The notes under the pieces were generated by a model, which was not told where the DNA came from, did not search any database, and was given only the letters and a program-made list of their open reading frames with translations. DNA of 64,000 bases from positions 124,001-188,000 of the forward strand of contig JAPDFW010000069.1 of the NCBI GenBank assembly GCA_028826165.1. Reading direction: 5' to 3'. Position numbers and translations under genes: made by a program. Positions 1 through 13,954 of the stretch are shown here, piece by piece. Source of the stretch: Anaeramoeba ignava BMAN (taxonomy: Eukaryota > Protista > Anaeramoebae). Numbering within the stretch: position 1 is the stretch's first letter; every line of letters begins with the position of its first letter.

Positions 1-271
1 TTTTTTCATCAAAATTCATTTATAAATTAAATTCAAAATCAATTTATCAAAATTAATTTATAAAATCAAAATTAATTTATAAAATCAAAATTAAAATCAA
101 AATTAAAATCCATTTATAAAATTCAAATTTAATTTATAAAATCAAAATCAAAATTAAAATCAAAATCAAATTCAAATTAAAATCAAAATTAATTTATAAA
201 ATTGAAATCAAAATTAATTTATAAAATCAAAATTAATTTATAAAATCAAAATATTCTTTTTTTTTTTTTAG

Positions 272-3200
272 TATGGAACGAATTCTATCAAGAAAAAGAA
301 AAAATTTCTTCATTAATCACTATTCAATCAATTTGCAAAACTCTCATATCAAAAAATAAATTAAAAACAATAACTCAAACATTCCAATCACAAAAAAATC
401 AAGAATCAATCAAGAATATTCAAAAATTCTTCAAACAATACAACTCCCAAAAAAAACTCAATGAAAAAATTCAATTCCTCAACAAAAACGAAGAAAATAT
501 CTCAAAAATTCAACAATATTCAAAAGGATTCATTGAACAAAAACAATTAAACGAGAAAATGGAATTTTTGCAAAATAAAGAACAAGAAATCACAAAAATT
601 CAACAATTTATGAAAGCATTTCTTGAAAAAAAGAAATTGAGAGAAAAAATGGAAATGCTCAAAAAAAATCAAGAAGAAATCATCGCAAATGAAATAATTG
701 AGGAAAAAGAACAAGAAGAACACAAAAACGAAAAGCAAAGTAAGAAACAAAGCAAAAAGAAAAAACCACAAGGAATAACAAAAACAGCAGCAATCATTAT
801 TCAAAAAAACATACGAAGAAAACTTATACAAAGAGAATCACGAAGGAAAAGAAGATATTATCGTTCACAAAAAAATCAAATCACAAAAATCCAAAAATTC
901 TATAATCAAAAAATAGAACAGAACGAATTCATGAAAAAAAGAGAAGCAGCAATCACGATCCAAAAAATGTACCGAGGATATGCACCCAGAAAAATCAAAA
1001 GAACATTAACAAGCCCTGCAGAAATGACGCTTGAAGACTTGGGAAATGTTCTTCGGATGTTCCGAGTCAGAGCGTCGAAAATTTATGATAATGAAAAAAT
1101 TCGAACGAATGAAAAAATCAAGATGAGCCAAGAAGAGGATCTAACAGAACTTCGGGAAGCTTGGGTCAAGGAAATCCGACAAACACATGATCTCCAAAGC
1201 GATGTACAAAAATTGGATCGAAAAATTTCTTTACTTGTTAAAAATAGATTATCAATCGAGGAAATTGACAGCCAATCCTCGAAACAAAATAAACATGAGA
1301 AAACAAGCAAGGCTTTGATTCCCCCGCAATATCTTATCCATTATCAATACCTGTTCTATCTTCTCCAGACAGAACCCAAATATCTTGCAAGAACTCTTTT
1401 TTATATTCGACCGAATGAACTTGAAGGATTTGTTCAAACCATGATTTTGACTTTATATGGATATGCCTTCTCTCCGCGTGAAGAATACCTGCTCTTGCGC
1501 CTCTTCACGCTTTCAATTCGCGAGCAGATTTTCAAACAAAAAAAAGCGTCGGAATTCACAAAAGATGATCCAATTATCACAAAGATGTTTGTGTTCTATT
1601 TCCGCAGAGTTCAATATCAAACTTTCCTAAAGGAACTTTTGGAGCCGGTCATAATTAGTGTTCTCAAACAGGAAAGCCTTGTACTTGAATTAAACACATC
1701 GAAAATGTACCGCGCAATGATCAACAGCGAAGAGACAAGGACAGGAGAGAAGACCAAATTGGCCCAGACTGCGACTCACAACGAGGCGTTAAAGCACCAA
1801 GCAATCTCGGAAATTTACAACAAAAATCTGCGCGAATTGACGGATATTTGCCGCCAGTTCGTGACGCAGATCAGCAAGTCAATTCACACAATCCCGTATG
1901 GAATCCGTTTTATTTGCAAAGCTGTGAAACAGACAATTTTCGAAAAATTTCCTGACACAAAAGAAGAAGAGATTTCCAAAATCATTGGATACATAATTTA
2001 CTATCGGTACTTAATCCCTGCTATTATTCAGCCTGACTCCTTTGATGTTGTGTCTCCAGATTCGCATATTTCTATCACCGCAAGACAGAATTTGGCGCTG
2101 ATTTCAAAAGTGATTCAAAGCATTTCAACACGCAAACTCTTCGAAAAAAATGAGGAATACATGATGCCGCTCAATGATTTCATTTCCGAGCTTTCGCAGA
2201 TATCGTTTGATTACTTCAATGAGATTCCAAATGTTTTGGATCTTGAAGAGCAACTCCAAATCGATTCTGATTACGAACTAACTCAGCAGAAAGTTCCTTC
2301 CATTTTCATCTCAACAAAGGAAATCTTCTTCACGCATCAGATCCTCAAGAAGTTCACCAGCAAAATCGCTCCCGATAAAGGCGATCCAATTCATCTTATT
2401 TTGGATGATTTGAAAGATGTCAAAATTCCCGATAATCCAAGTGAATATGAAATTGAGCTTGTTCTTCTCAACAAATTCAAAACAGACGCAATCAAAGACA
2501 CAGAGTCTCAGAATGTTTATGATGATACAAAGAAGTTTATCAAGGACTTGCTTGCTGCAGCGCCTCCTCATCTTTTAAAACAGAGTCCGAACCTTTTTGA
2601 TTTGATTTTCAATGAAGATTTGACTCAAAATATATTGCAAGATATCTTGGTTCCTTTACGTAAAAATATTAGTTTTCTTGAAGAAAAGGGTGTTTTGAAT
2701 AAGGCAGACCATTTTAAGAATTTAATCAAGGAAATAGTCCAAGAGATCCGAAATGCTTCAAAGATTTATCATCAAAATCAAGTGGAAATTGCTCGTTTGA
2801 AAAAAAATCTTTCTATTGTTAGACAATCTGCTCAGTATCTTCAAGACCAAATGAACCAATATAACGATTATTTGGATTCTGTTCGTAAAAAACAATATGA
2901 GATAGCAGAAGAGAAGAGTAAGAAAAATCTTAAGAAGAAGAAGAGTGAATATATTTGTGGACCAGTTACGAAGAAATATAAAGTATTATTTAAAGCAAAT
3001 ATTATATCTTCATCTGATATACCCAAAGCAGCGTAAATCATTTACAAATTATTTGAATCAAATTTATTTCAATTTATTTCAATTAATTTATTTGAAATTA
3101 TTTATTTCAATTTATTTCAATTAATTTATTTCAATTTATTTATTCCAATTTATTTATTCCAATTTATTTCAATTTATTAATTTGAATTAATTTCAATTTA

Positions 3201-4335
3201 TTAATTTGAATTAATTTATTTCAATTTATTTATTTCAATTTATTTATTCCAATTTATTTATTTCAATTAATTTATTTCAATTTATTTATTTCAATTTAAT
3301 TTTATTTGAATTTATTTATTTGAATTAATTTATTCAATTTATTTATTTCAATTTATTTGAATTAATTTATTTCAATTTATTTATTTCAATTTATTTCAAT
3401 TTATTCGAATTTATTTATTCCAATTTTAATTTATTCCAATTTTATTTATTTCAATTTATTTTTATTTATTCAAATTTATTTATTTTTCAATTAATTTATT
3501 TCAATTTATTTATTTCAATTTATTTATTTCAATTTATTTCCAATTTTATTTAATTTCAATTTAATTTATTTATTTTCAATTTATTTATTTGAATTAAATT
3601 ATTTCAATTTATTTATTTCAATTTAATTTTTTTCAATTTATTTATTCCGAATTAATTTGAATTTAATTTATTTTAATTTATTTTATTTGAATTTTATTTA
3701 TTTGAATTTATTTATTTCAATTTATTTAGATTCCAATTTATTTATTCCAATTTATTTCAATTTATTAATTTGAATTAATTTCAATTTATTAATTTGAATT
3801 AATTTCAATTTATTTCAATTAATTTATTTCAATTAATTTGAATTAATTTATTTCAATTAATTTATTTCAATTTATTTCAATTTATTTATTCCAATTAATT
3901 TATTTCAATTTATTTATTTCAATTTATTTCAATTAATTTATTTCAATTTATTTATTTCAATTTATTTCAATTTATTAATTTGAATTGATTTCAATTTATT
4001 TATTTCAATTTATTTATTATAATTTATTTATTCAAATTTATTTATTTCAATTAATTTATTTCAATTTATTTATTCCAATTTATTTATTCCAATTTATTTA
4101 TTTCAATTTATTCCAAAAAAGTTGGCGTGCAACTTCTTTTGTTTTCACTTCTAAAAAAACTGGAATTTTCGAAATTGAAGCTAGATTTGCTGGAACTTCT
4201 TTTGAAAAAATTAAACTTGATGTTGAAGAATTATTGGAATTACAATCTTCTGGAAAATCAGAATTAAATCTTGATAGGATTACTTTAAATATCAATTTAT
4301 TAATTCATTTTCTCAATAAAATGATGCTAAAATAA
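272..4335 (+). CDS. IQGAP-like protein (IQ repeats, RasGAP-related domain, RasGAP_C); 5' exons lie upstream of the window
   Basis: Frame is open from the acceptor TTTAG at 271 through ORF 559-3036. IQ motifs (AAIIIQKNIRR, AAITIQKMYRGY) and GRD motifs (YLFYLLQTEPKYLA, IPYGIRFICK, YYRYLIPAIIQPD). Intron 3033-4121 (GC|GTAAAT...AAAAG|TTGG) joins in frame to the last exon 4122-4335 (WRATSF...LNINLLIHFLNK). Confidence 0.9.
3050..4115. repeat. Intronic degenerate minisatellite (TTTATTTCAA-like)
   Basis: About 1 kb of AATTTATTT(ATTT)CAA variants fills the IQGAP intron. Confidence 0.9.
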
Positions 4336-4369
4336 AAAAGAATAAAACAAAAAGTTAAAAGAAAAAAAG

Positions 4370-4400
<31 letters not shown>

Positions 4401-4466
4401 AAATCAGAAAATCTTGATAGGATTACTTTTTTAAATATCAATTTATTAAAAGCTAAAAACAAAAAG

Positions 4467-4497
<31 letters not shown>

Positions 4498-4639
4498 ATA
4501 AAAGTTTTTGCTTTGATTTTTGCTTTGATTTTTTTTTTGATTTTTGTTTTGATTTTTGTTTTGATTTTTGTTTTGATTTTTTCTTTGATTTTTGTTTTGA
4601 TTAAGAAAAAAAATCCATTTAGTAAAAAAAAAGAAAAAA

Positions 4640-7600
4640 TTATATAATTTGTTGTCTTGTTGCAGATCTTGGTTCTCTTTCTAAAGAGATTTTGTAAAGT
4701 TCTTTTTCAGTTTTTGCACTAGTTTCTTGATCAAACAAAACAGCAATTTGGTGAATGAAAAAGAAATTAAAAGGTTTCATTTGGAAATTTTGCATATCCT
4801 TAATAGTCAAATACAATAATTTTCTCTTTGCAAAATTAATAAGTCCATCAATCTCATTTGGAGAGCCATCAGAAATAAAAGTGATATCAGTTAAATACAC
4901 ACCCAAATAGGGAATGCAAGAAGTGGAAATTTCCTTTAAAGTATCTCTATATTTTTTATATCCATTTTCAGAAGATAAAAGTTGTCTCATTTCATCAAGA
5001 GATTTAATGTAATTTTTTGGAACTTCCTCCTTTGTAAACTTCAACCGACTGACCGATGATGTTGATAGCGCAGCAATAATTGCCATGAGACCATCGAAAT
5101 TATGCATTTTGAGAAGATATTCTCCGATCCGAATAAATCGGACAATTTTTTTAACTCGATGTCGAATTGTTTTTGTCATCACAATTTCTGAAGAAACATA
5201 TCCCACAACGGAATTGAACCGCGCAATCATTGCGGTTACATTTGGCGCCTTATGTTTTTGATTTTCCTTGCTCCAAGCCTTTGTGACTAGTTCACTTGGT
5301 TGGATTTTTGAGAATGTTTGGAATATTACTAATGTTAATTGTCTTGCAAACTCCTCTTCATCAATATCAGAAAGGCTCAAGTTGCCTTTGAAGATGTTTC
5401 GGGGCAATTTGGGCTCCTCTAATTTCCCCGTCATTAAAAGCTCCTTTTCTTTATTCTCCTTCTTCTTTGAAATCATTGTGTTCACTTTTTGTACTATTGC
5501 CGGGTGATCTTGTGATATTATTTTGCTGATCATATTCTCGACATTAAGAAGCAATTTCGCATCGAAATCCTCAAAGTATTTGTCAAGCCATGTTTGAATT
5601 ACTGCTATCACTTTTAATTGTACATATTTCTTCTTTTCTTCATATTCTTGTTCTCCTTGATCCATTTTTCGTACTGGTACACTGTATCTTTGCTTTAATT
5701 TAAATAAGAAATGTTCTGGTCGCATAAATGATTGGTATGTCATTAAAAATGCTTGTAAAAATTTTGTGTCTTTAATATTTTGCAATTAAATTAAATTAAA
5801 TTAAATTAAATTAAATTAAATTAAATTAAATTAAAATAAATATTTTGATTTGTTTTGTTTAAACCTGTTTCTTCTGTTAATTTTTCAATTAATTTATTGA
5901 TGTTTGCTGCTACAAGTTTATCAAGGAAAGATGTTTGATGTTCTTTTAAATTTTGAGGATTTTCAAATAATATATTTGAACTATTATCTGAAGGTTCATC
6001 CCAAATTGAAATATCATTTTTCACTAATTTTTACAAATATTTTTTTAAATTAAATATTAAGTTGAATATTATATTGAATTGAATTGAATTGAATTAAATA
6101 TTGAATTGAATTGAATTAAATTGAATTGAATTGAATTAAATATTGAATTAAATATTAAATTAAATATTAAATTAAATATTAAATTAAATATTAAATATTG
6201 AATATTGAATTAAATATTAAATTAAATATTGAATTGAATTAAATATTAAATATTAAATTAAATATTAAATATTAAATTAAATATTGAATTAAATATTGAA
6301 TTAAATATTTAATTGAATTGAATTGAATTGAATTAAATATTATATTGTATTAAATATTAAATTAAATATTGAATTAAATATTGAATTAAATATTGAATTA
6401 AATTAAATATTATATTGAATTGAATTGAATTGAATTGAATTGAATATTAAAAAATTGAATTGAATTGAATTGAATTAAATTGAATTAAATATTGAATTGA
6501 ATTGAATTGAATTGAATTGAATTGAAGAATATTAAATTAAATATTATATTGAATATTATATTGAATTGAATTGAATTGAATTGAATTAAATATTATATTG
6601 TATTAAATATTATATTGTATTAAATATTGTATTAAATATTGTATTAAATATTGAATTAAATATTGAATTGAATTGAATTGAATTGAATTAAATATTGAAT
6701 TAAATATTGAATTAAATATTATATTGAATTAAATATTAAATTAAATATTAAATATTGAATTAAATATTGAATTAAATTGAATATTGAATTAAATATTAAA
6801 TATTGTATTGTATTAAATATTAAATTGAATTGAATTGAATATTGAATTAAATATTAAATATTGAATTAAATATTGAATTAAATTAAATATTGAATTAAAT
6901 ATTGAATTAAATATTATATTGAATTGAATATTGAATTAAATATTGAATTGAATTAAATTGAATTAAATTGAATTGAATATTTACTGAGAAATTCTAATCC
7001 CATTGAAGATGCATGTTCTTCAATCATAATTATTCTTTCTTTAAGTTGTTCTTCATTCTCTACAGGTTCCATTGATAATTCCCAAATTGTTTCTGTATTC
7101 CGAAGACAATCTTTAAGAAGAGTAAATAATCTACTATCTTCAATTTGATGTTCAGTATCTAAAATCAATCAAATCCAAATAAAAATCAATATCAAAATTA
7201 AAATCAATTAAAATCAATATATTTTTTTTACAAGGAGTTTTTGTATTCTCTTCAATAAATTGTTGAATTTCTTGTCTTCCTTCATGATCAAAATGTTGCA
7301 TAATTAATTGTATTGTAATATCTCGAGTAATTTGACTTCTCACTTCTGATTTTACTCCAGAATAATTTCGAGCAAATGAAATGGCTCGATATAATGGTTT
7401 TAAACGTTCAATTAAATCAATAATTTCGGGATGTCTTTTCATTACAGTAGATGTCCATCCAGTTCTTGAAATATCATCCTCAGGTGAAATTACTAATTAA
7501 TTTTTAATTTTTAATTTTTAATTTAATTTTTAATTTAATTTTTAATTTGATTTTTAATTTAATTTTTATTTTATTTTAATTCTTCAAACTAACTCTTTTC

Positions 7601-8932
7601 CATATAAATTTCATGTTTAGTTTTGTTCATCTCAAATTGAAGTGCAACTTTTCTTGATTTTTGAAGTTCTTCTTCATATCTTTCAATTTTATCTTCAAGT
7701 TTTTTTAATTCTTCTTCTGAAGTTTCTTCATCAATTTCACTGTATTTTGATAATAATTGATTACGTGATTGTTCAATTTTATAAATTTCTTCAATACGCA
7801 TTTTCAATTTTTGATTTAATTCAGCTAAAATAAAAAAAAATATATATATATAAAAAGCAAATACTCAAAATAAATATTATGATATTTTTGGAAATAGCTT
7901 TAAAATATATCACTGGTTTCTTTGTGAATTTGTTCATTAATATCTTGAATTTCTTCTTGTATTTTTTTCTTTTGTTTTTCTAAATCTTCTTGTTTCTTTT
8001 TTTCTTCTTCATTCAATTTCTTCATTTCTTTTAATTTATTTGTTAAACGTCGAATTTTTGATTTAAAAGATGTAACATTTCTTTGTTCAATTTCTTTACT
8101 AAGAGTCTTTATATTTTAAATATTTTTTATTTTAAATATTTTTTATATTTTATAAATATTTTTTATACAGAAATTTCCTCTCGAAGTTTTTGATTCTCTT
8201 TCATAATTCCTGATAATTCTTCTTTTGATTGATTGATTTTTTCTTCAAATCCCTTTTTTTTATTGTTATCAAAAATATTCTCATCAAATTTATTATTGTT
8301 TATTGTTTTTTGTAAATTTTCTGCATAATTTTGATAACAAATTCTTTCATAATTAATTTGTTCAAACTTGAAAACATGATTTCTAAGTTTCTCTCTAATT
8401 TCTTTGTTTCTTATTTCTGAAAAAAAAATTAAAAATTAAGAACAAAAAAAAAAATTTCGAAAAATAAATGTAAAATTAAAGATAAAAAAATATAGTTTCT
8501 TTACTAAAGAAAAAAGGGGATCTAACAAGCTCTTTTTTGGATTTGCTTATTCTACTTTTGAGTTGTTCAGGGTTTTGTGATTTTTTCAGTTTTTTTTGAC
8601 GAGAAATTGTGAAGTGATTTTGTTTCACAAAAAGTCCATGTTTTGGAGGACAAGTAAAATATCGAATTCCATTAATAGTTCCATCAGTTTTGCCAACTAA
8701 AAAACACATTATATGTTTATTTCATATTGTTTTATTTTTTTTATTTTCAGATCGGTTTTTTTTTAATTTCTATTTTTGCAAGAGAAAGAAATTGATGAGA
8801 AAAAAATTTACCGTTTTCAGAAAATTCGATTCCAAGCCAAACTCCTTCTCCAAGTTGAGTTTCTCCAATGTACCTAATAATTGCTCGTTTATTATTCGCA
8901 ATAATCTTATGTCCTATTTGTAACGAATCCAT
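4640..8932 (-). CDS. RasGEF (REM + CDC25 domain) with N-terminal CAP-Gly domain and coiled coil; 9 exons
   Basis: Exons 8932-8812, 8696-8505, 8416-8169, 8106-7914, 7824-7594, 7492-7232, 7158-6985, 6023-5865, 5769-4640, all joined by GT-AG introns in phase. CAP-Gly: IRYIGET..GVWLGIE..GKTDGTINGIRYF.C..KHGLFVK. RasGEF: FLMTYQSF, EFARQLTL, NFDGLMAI, CIPYLGVYLTDITFI..G.PN...GLINFAKR. Confidence 0.88.
6060..6980. repeat. Intronic minisatellite (TTGAA/TTAAATA mix)
   Basis: Fills RasGEF intron 6024-6984. Confidence 0.9.
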
Positions 8933-9033
8933 TAATAAATTGAAAAAAAAAATGAAAAATGAAAAATGAAAAATGAAAAATGAAAAAAATTTAAAATTTT
9001 TTTTTTCATTTTTCTTTTAAAATTATAATTAAA
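8933..9033. promoter_or_regulatory. Bidirectional promoter with TTTCATTTT initiator-like motifs on both strands
   Basis: 101 nt between divergent ATGs; (AAAATG)n faces the RasGEF gene and TTTTTCATTTTT faces SEC23. Confidence 0.6.
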
Positions 9034-11746
9034 ATGAATGAAATTGATAATCAAAATAAAGATATTTTTTCTTGGAAAACACCAAATTTATCTCCAAAAT
9101 TATTTACAAATATTCCTTTTAGTTGTTTATTTACACCTCTTAATAATAAAACTTCAATTCAAAAAGTAAAAAAAATTTAAAAAATAAAAATTTAAAATTA
9201 AAATTAAAAATAAAAATAAAAAAATAAAGTTAAAATCAAATCCAATTTATTGCAAACAATGTGGATCAGTTTTGAATAGATTTTCTTCAATAGATAAACA
9301 AACAAATACTTGGATTTGCGATTTTTGTTTTTCACGAAATGAAATAGAGAAAGGAAATATGGAAAAAACAGAAGAAATTACAAATTCCACAATTGAATAT
9401 GAATTACAAAAAACAGAAAAAAATTCACCCATTTTTATATTTGTAATTGATACAGCAATTTCTCAATCAGAACTCAAATCATTGAAAAATTCAGTTCTAG
9501 AATTTATAAAAACATTACCCAATAATTGTCTAGTTGGACTTATTACTTTTGGAAAGTTTATTAATATTTATAGTTTAATTGATTCAAATCAAGAAAAATC
9601 ATATGTTTTTCAAGCAACTAAAACATACACAGAAGAACAAATACAGCAATTTATGATGACAAACAAAACCAATCAAGACAAGCAATCAAGAGAATCGAAT
9701 GTGATTCAACCGCTTCATAATTGCAGGAAAATAATCTCAGTTCTAGTTGAGGATATTGAACAGGATAGTTTCTATTCAGATGATCAAAATCGTCCACTTC
9801 GTTGTTCAGGAACAGCTCTTTTATTCGCAAGCACAATTATACCAAACCCTGAAGGATCCGGGAGAATACTTCTTTTTCTCGGAGGATCTTGCACAATCGG
9901 TCAAGGTTCTATTGCAGAATTCAACAAGAAACAACCCCTTAGGTTCTATCATGATATCGTCAACAAAACAGAAAATGCTAAACTTTCTGAGAATGCTGCC
10001 CTGTATTATCAAGGCATTGCAAATTCACTACTTCAGAAAAATGTGGCTGTGGATATTTTCTCATGTTCATTGGACCAAACTGGGATTTTTGAAATGAAAG
10101 AATGCTCAAGAAAAACTGGTGGTATTCTTGTTTCAACAACTAAATTTGACAGTAATGAATTCCGCAATTCTCTTGAAAACCTTATATTTCCACAAGAAGA
10201 CAAAGAAACAGATTCATTTGACGAAATTTCTCTTACTAATCAAAAAAGTCTTCTTGGATTTAATTCTTCAATCCAAATTTTCACTTCTCGACAATTGAAA
10301 ATAAAAGGTATAATTGGTAATTGTGAATCTCTCAATACTACATCTTCATTTGTGTCTGAGAATGTTGTCGGGATTGGTGGTACAAGCAAATGGAAGATGT
10401 GTGGAATAGATCCGCTTGCAACATTTAGTATTTACTTCGACGTTATTGCACAACAACTAAATGATCCAAAAAATGTTCAGTGTCTTGTTCAAATTTTGAC
10501 AACTTATAATTCAATTGATAATAAGAATTTCATAAGATCAACCACTTTTTCTTTTCCTTCAATAAAGGATCAAAAAATCAATGAAAAAGAAATTATAGAA
10601 ATGTTAAATATCCAAACAGCTGCAATTTTGGTTGCAAAACAATTTGTATTCAAAAGAGAATATGAACAACAAGACGAAAAACAGTTTCTTCAATTAATTG
10701 ATAACCAAACATTTAATTTTCTTCATCAAGTTATTTCAGTTCCACAAAACAAAAAATTAAAAACAACCCCAAATTGGATTCCTAGTAAAATTATTGAATA
10801 TTGTGAATTGATATATGAATTAAAGCGAAGTAATTTGGTTCGAGTTTTTAATGTTTCTCCAGATGAATCTGCTTTTTTAAGATCCATTTTTTTCAGAGAA
10901 AATTTAACTAATTCATTATTGATGATTCGGCCTCAATTATTTTCATATTCTTTATCCACTCCGACACAAACTCTTGTGGATTTATCATTTTCTAGTATAA
11001 AATCAAATGTTATTCTTATTATGGATTCATTTTTTCTGATTTTAGTTTTTTTTGGAAAAGAAATTGCTCAATTACAAAGCAATTTAAATGAAAATCAAAA
11101 TTTAAATGAAAATCAAAATTTAAATCAAAATCAAAATTTAAATGAAAATCAAAATCAAAATCAAAATGAAAATCAAAATTTAAATCAAAATCAAAATTTA
11201 AATGAAAATCAAAATTTAAATGAAAATCAAAATTTAAATGAAAATCAAAATTTAAATGAAAATCAAAATTTAAATGAAAATCAAAATCAAAATCAAAATG
11301 AAAATCAAAATGAAAATCAAATTTTAAATGAAAATCAAAATTTAAATCAAAATCAAAATCAAAATCAAAATCAAATTCAAATTTTAAATGAAAATCAAAA
11401 TCAAATTCAAAATCAAATTCAAAATCAAAATCAAATTCAAAATCAAATTCAAAATCAAAATCAAAATTTAAATCAAAATCAAAATCAAAATCAAATTCAA
11501 ACTTTAATTAATAATGCTTCAAAAGATGCTCAAATAATTCTCAAATCAAGATTCCCAACTCCAAGATTTATTGAATGTGAACAAGGTAAAAGTCAAGCGA
11601 GATACCTTCTTTCTAAATGTAAACCAGAAAAACTTTCAAATCAAATTAAAAATAAATCTCAATCAATTTTAACAGAAGAACAAAATTTTGAAGATTATTT
11701 AAACTTTATTAATTTAGAACTAATAAAATCAAAATCCAAAAAATAA
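9034..11746 (+). CDS. SEC23: Sec23 family COPII coat protein (divergent paralogue) with N/Q-rich insertion
   Basis: Exon 9034-9165, intron 9166-9229, exon 9230-11746. Zn finger C..C...LN....WICDFC; trunk FIFVIDT, VGLITFG, RPLRCSGTAL, DIFSCSLDQTG; GIGGTSKWK; FNVSPDESAF; RFPTPRFIECEQGKSQARYLL. Confidence 0.9.
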
Positions 11747-11898
11747 ATTTAAAATTAAAAAATTTAAAATTAAAAAAATTAAAATTTATTTTAAAATAAA
11801 AAAAAAAGCAAAAAATTTTTTTTTTAATTGGAAAATTTTTTTTTTCATTTTTTTTCATTTTCTTTTGTTTTTTTTAATCAATTTTATTAATAAAAAAA

Positions 11899-12696
11899 AT
11901 GTCTCTTCAAGAAGAATTAGAAGAAAAACAAGAAGACCTTGAACTTTTACAACAAAATTTACAAAGAATCAAAAATGAACCAAATGAAAGAATAAAAGAG
12001 TTGAATCAAGAAATTGAAAGAATAAAAAAAGAAAACCAAAAATTAAAACAAACAACAAGGAATAACTCACGTTCAAATGAAGCAAAAGAAGGAGAAATAC
12101 GACGAAAAATTGAACAATTAAAACAAGAAAACAATCGTTTAAGAAATCAAAAACCGAAAACAAGAAAAATAATTGATCGAAGTGAAGAAGAAAGAATTGA
12201 GCAAGAAATCCAGGATCTTGAATCAAAAATAAATGCGAAACGAAGACAGAAATCAAGTCAACCAACTGTTCGAAAATCACCATCACCAACTCAAACAACA
12301 TCAAGATTATCAAAAAGTTCCCCCTTATCAAATCCTAAAAGAAATCCCCCTTTACAAACTTCTAACAGAAGCCCTCCTCCTCCTATGGGCGGTCCTCCTC
12401 CTCCTACCGGTGGTCCTCCTCCTCCTATGGGTGGTCCTCCTCCTCCTACGGGCGGAAATCCCCCTCCTTTAACAGATCAGCCAAAAATGAATAATGCTCT
12501 TTTAAGTTCTATTAATTCTTTTTCAAAAAATAAACTTAAAAAAGCTAAAACTAATGATAGAAGTTCCCCTTTGATTTCCTCAAACTCAAATTCTGATTCT
12601 GGTGGTAAAAGTTCTAGATCAATTCCTGCTAATCCTCTTCTTGCTGAAATGGCAAAAAAACGTGGTGGTTTAAGTCCTAGAAGAGGAAGGAAATAA
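11899..12696 (+). CDS. Coiled-coil, proline-rich, WH2-domain actin-binding protein (verprolin/WIP-like)
   Basis: Single-exon 265-aa ORF with GGPPPP repeats followed by a WH2-type motif NALLSSINSFSKNKLKKAKTNDRS. Confidence 0.75.
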   Translation: MSLQEELEEKQEDLELLQQNLQRIKNEPNERIKELNQEIERIKKENQKLKQTTRNNSRSNEAKEGEIRRKIEQLKQENNRLRNQKPKTRKIIDRSEEERIEQEIQDLESKINAKRRQKSSQPTVRKSPSPTQTTSRLSKSSPLSNPKRNPPLQTSNRSPPPPMGGPPPPTGGPPPPMGGPPPPTGGNPPPLTDQPKMNNALLSSINSFSKNKLKKAKTNDRSSPLISSNSNSDSGGKSSRSIPANPLLAEMAKKRGGLSPRRGRK

Positions 12697-12857
12697 ATTT
12701 ATCCGAAATTTTGTTTTTTTGTTTTTTTCTTTTTCTTTTTTTTTCTTCTTTACTTTTTTTTTTTGGAAATTTGAAATTTGAAAAGGGAACTAAAACAAAA
12801 ATTCAAAAAGTTAAAAAAGATTCAATTAATTTTCATTTCAAAAAACAAAAACAAAAC

Positions 12858-13700
12858 CATTTATTTAATTTGATTTGGATAATTTGGATTAAATTAAATT
12901 GATTTAAATCAAAATAACCATTTAATTTATTCCCATTTGATTTGATTTAATTAATTTGGATTAAATTAAATTGATTTAAAGCAAAATAACCATTTAATTT
13001 ATTCCTATTTAATTTGAATTGATTTAAATCAAAATAACCATTTAATTTGATTTGATTTGATTTGATTTGATTTGATTTGATTAATTTGGATTAAATTAAA
13101 TTGATTTAAATCAAAATAATTATTTAATTTATTCCTATTTACTTTGATTTGATTTGATTTGATTTGATTTGATTTGGATTAAATTAAATTGATTTAAAGC
13201 AAAATAATTATTTAATTTATTCCCATTTACTTTGATCTAATTAATTTGGATTAAATTGATTTAAAGCAAAATAACCATTTAATTTATTCCCATTTACTTT
13301 GATCTAATTAATTTGAATTGAATTAAATCAAAATAATTATTTAATTTATTCTGATTTGATTTGATTTGATTTGATTAATTTGGATTGAATTAAATTGATT
13401 TAAAGCAAAATAATTATTTAATTTATTCTGATTTACTTTGATCTAATTAATTTGAATTAAATTGATTTAAATCAAAATAATTATTTAATTTATTCCTATT
13501 TGATTTGATTTGATTTGATTTGATTTGGATTAAATTAAATTGATTTAAATCAAAATAACCATTTAATTTATTCCTATTTAATTTGATTTGATTTGATTTA
13601 ATTAATTTAGATTAAATTAAATTGATTTAAAGCAAAATAATTATTTAATTTATTCCCATTTACTTTGATCTAATTAATTTGAATTAAATTGATCTAATTC
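12858..13700. repeat. Intergenic tandem repeat, about 55-70-nt unit with variable (GATTT)n
   Basis: Recurrent GGATTAAATTAAATTGATTTAAA(G/T)CAAAATAA(CC/TT)ATTTAATTTATTCC, roughly a dozen copies. Confidence 0.85.
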
Positions 13701-13954
13701 AAAATATGTGGTAAATTCACCTCCTAATTAAAAGAAAAGAAAAGAAAATGGAAAAGAAAAGGAAAGATCAAAATGTTTGTTTTTTTTTTTGTTTAATTTT
13801 TTGTTTTCTTTTGCTTTATTTTTATTTATCTTTTTACCATTTTTTTTTTCTTTTTTTTTGAATTTTTTTTTAAATCATTTTTTTCTTTCATTTATTTTTT
13901 TTATTTTTTTATTTTTTTATTCATTTTGAATTTACTTTTTAATTTAATTCAATT

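Noticed and set aside
547-2571. Short antisense ORFs overlapping IQGAP (and similar ones over other long genes)
   Set aside because: Shadow ORFs from codon bias with no recognisable motifs.
5770-5790. Apparent non-canonical acceptor at the RasGEF last exon (ORF track starts at TTG 5785)
   Set aside because: A canonical in-phase AAG acceptor exists at 5771-5770.
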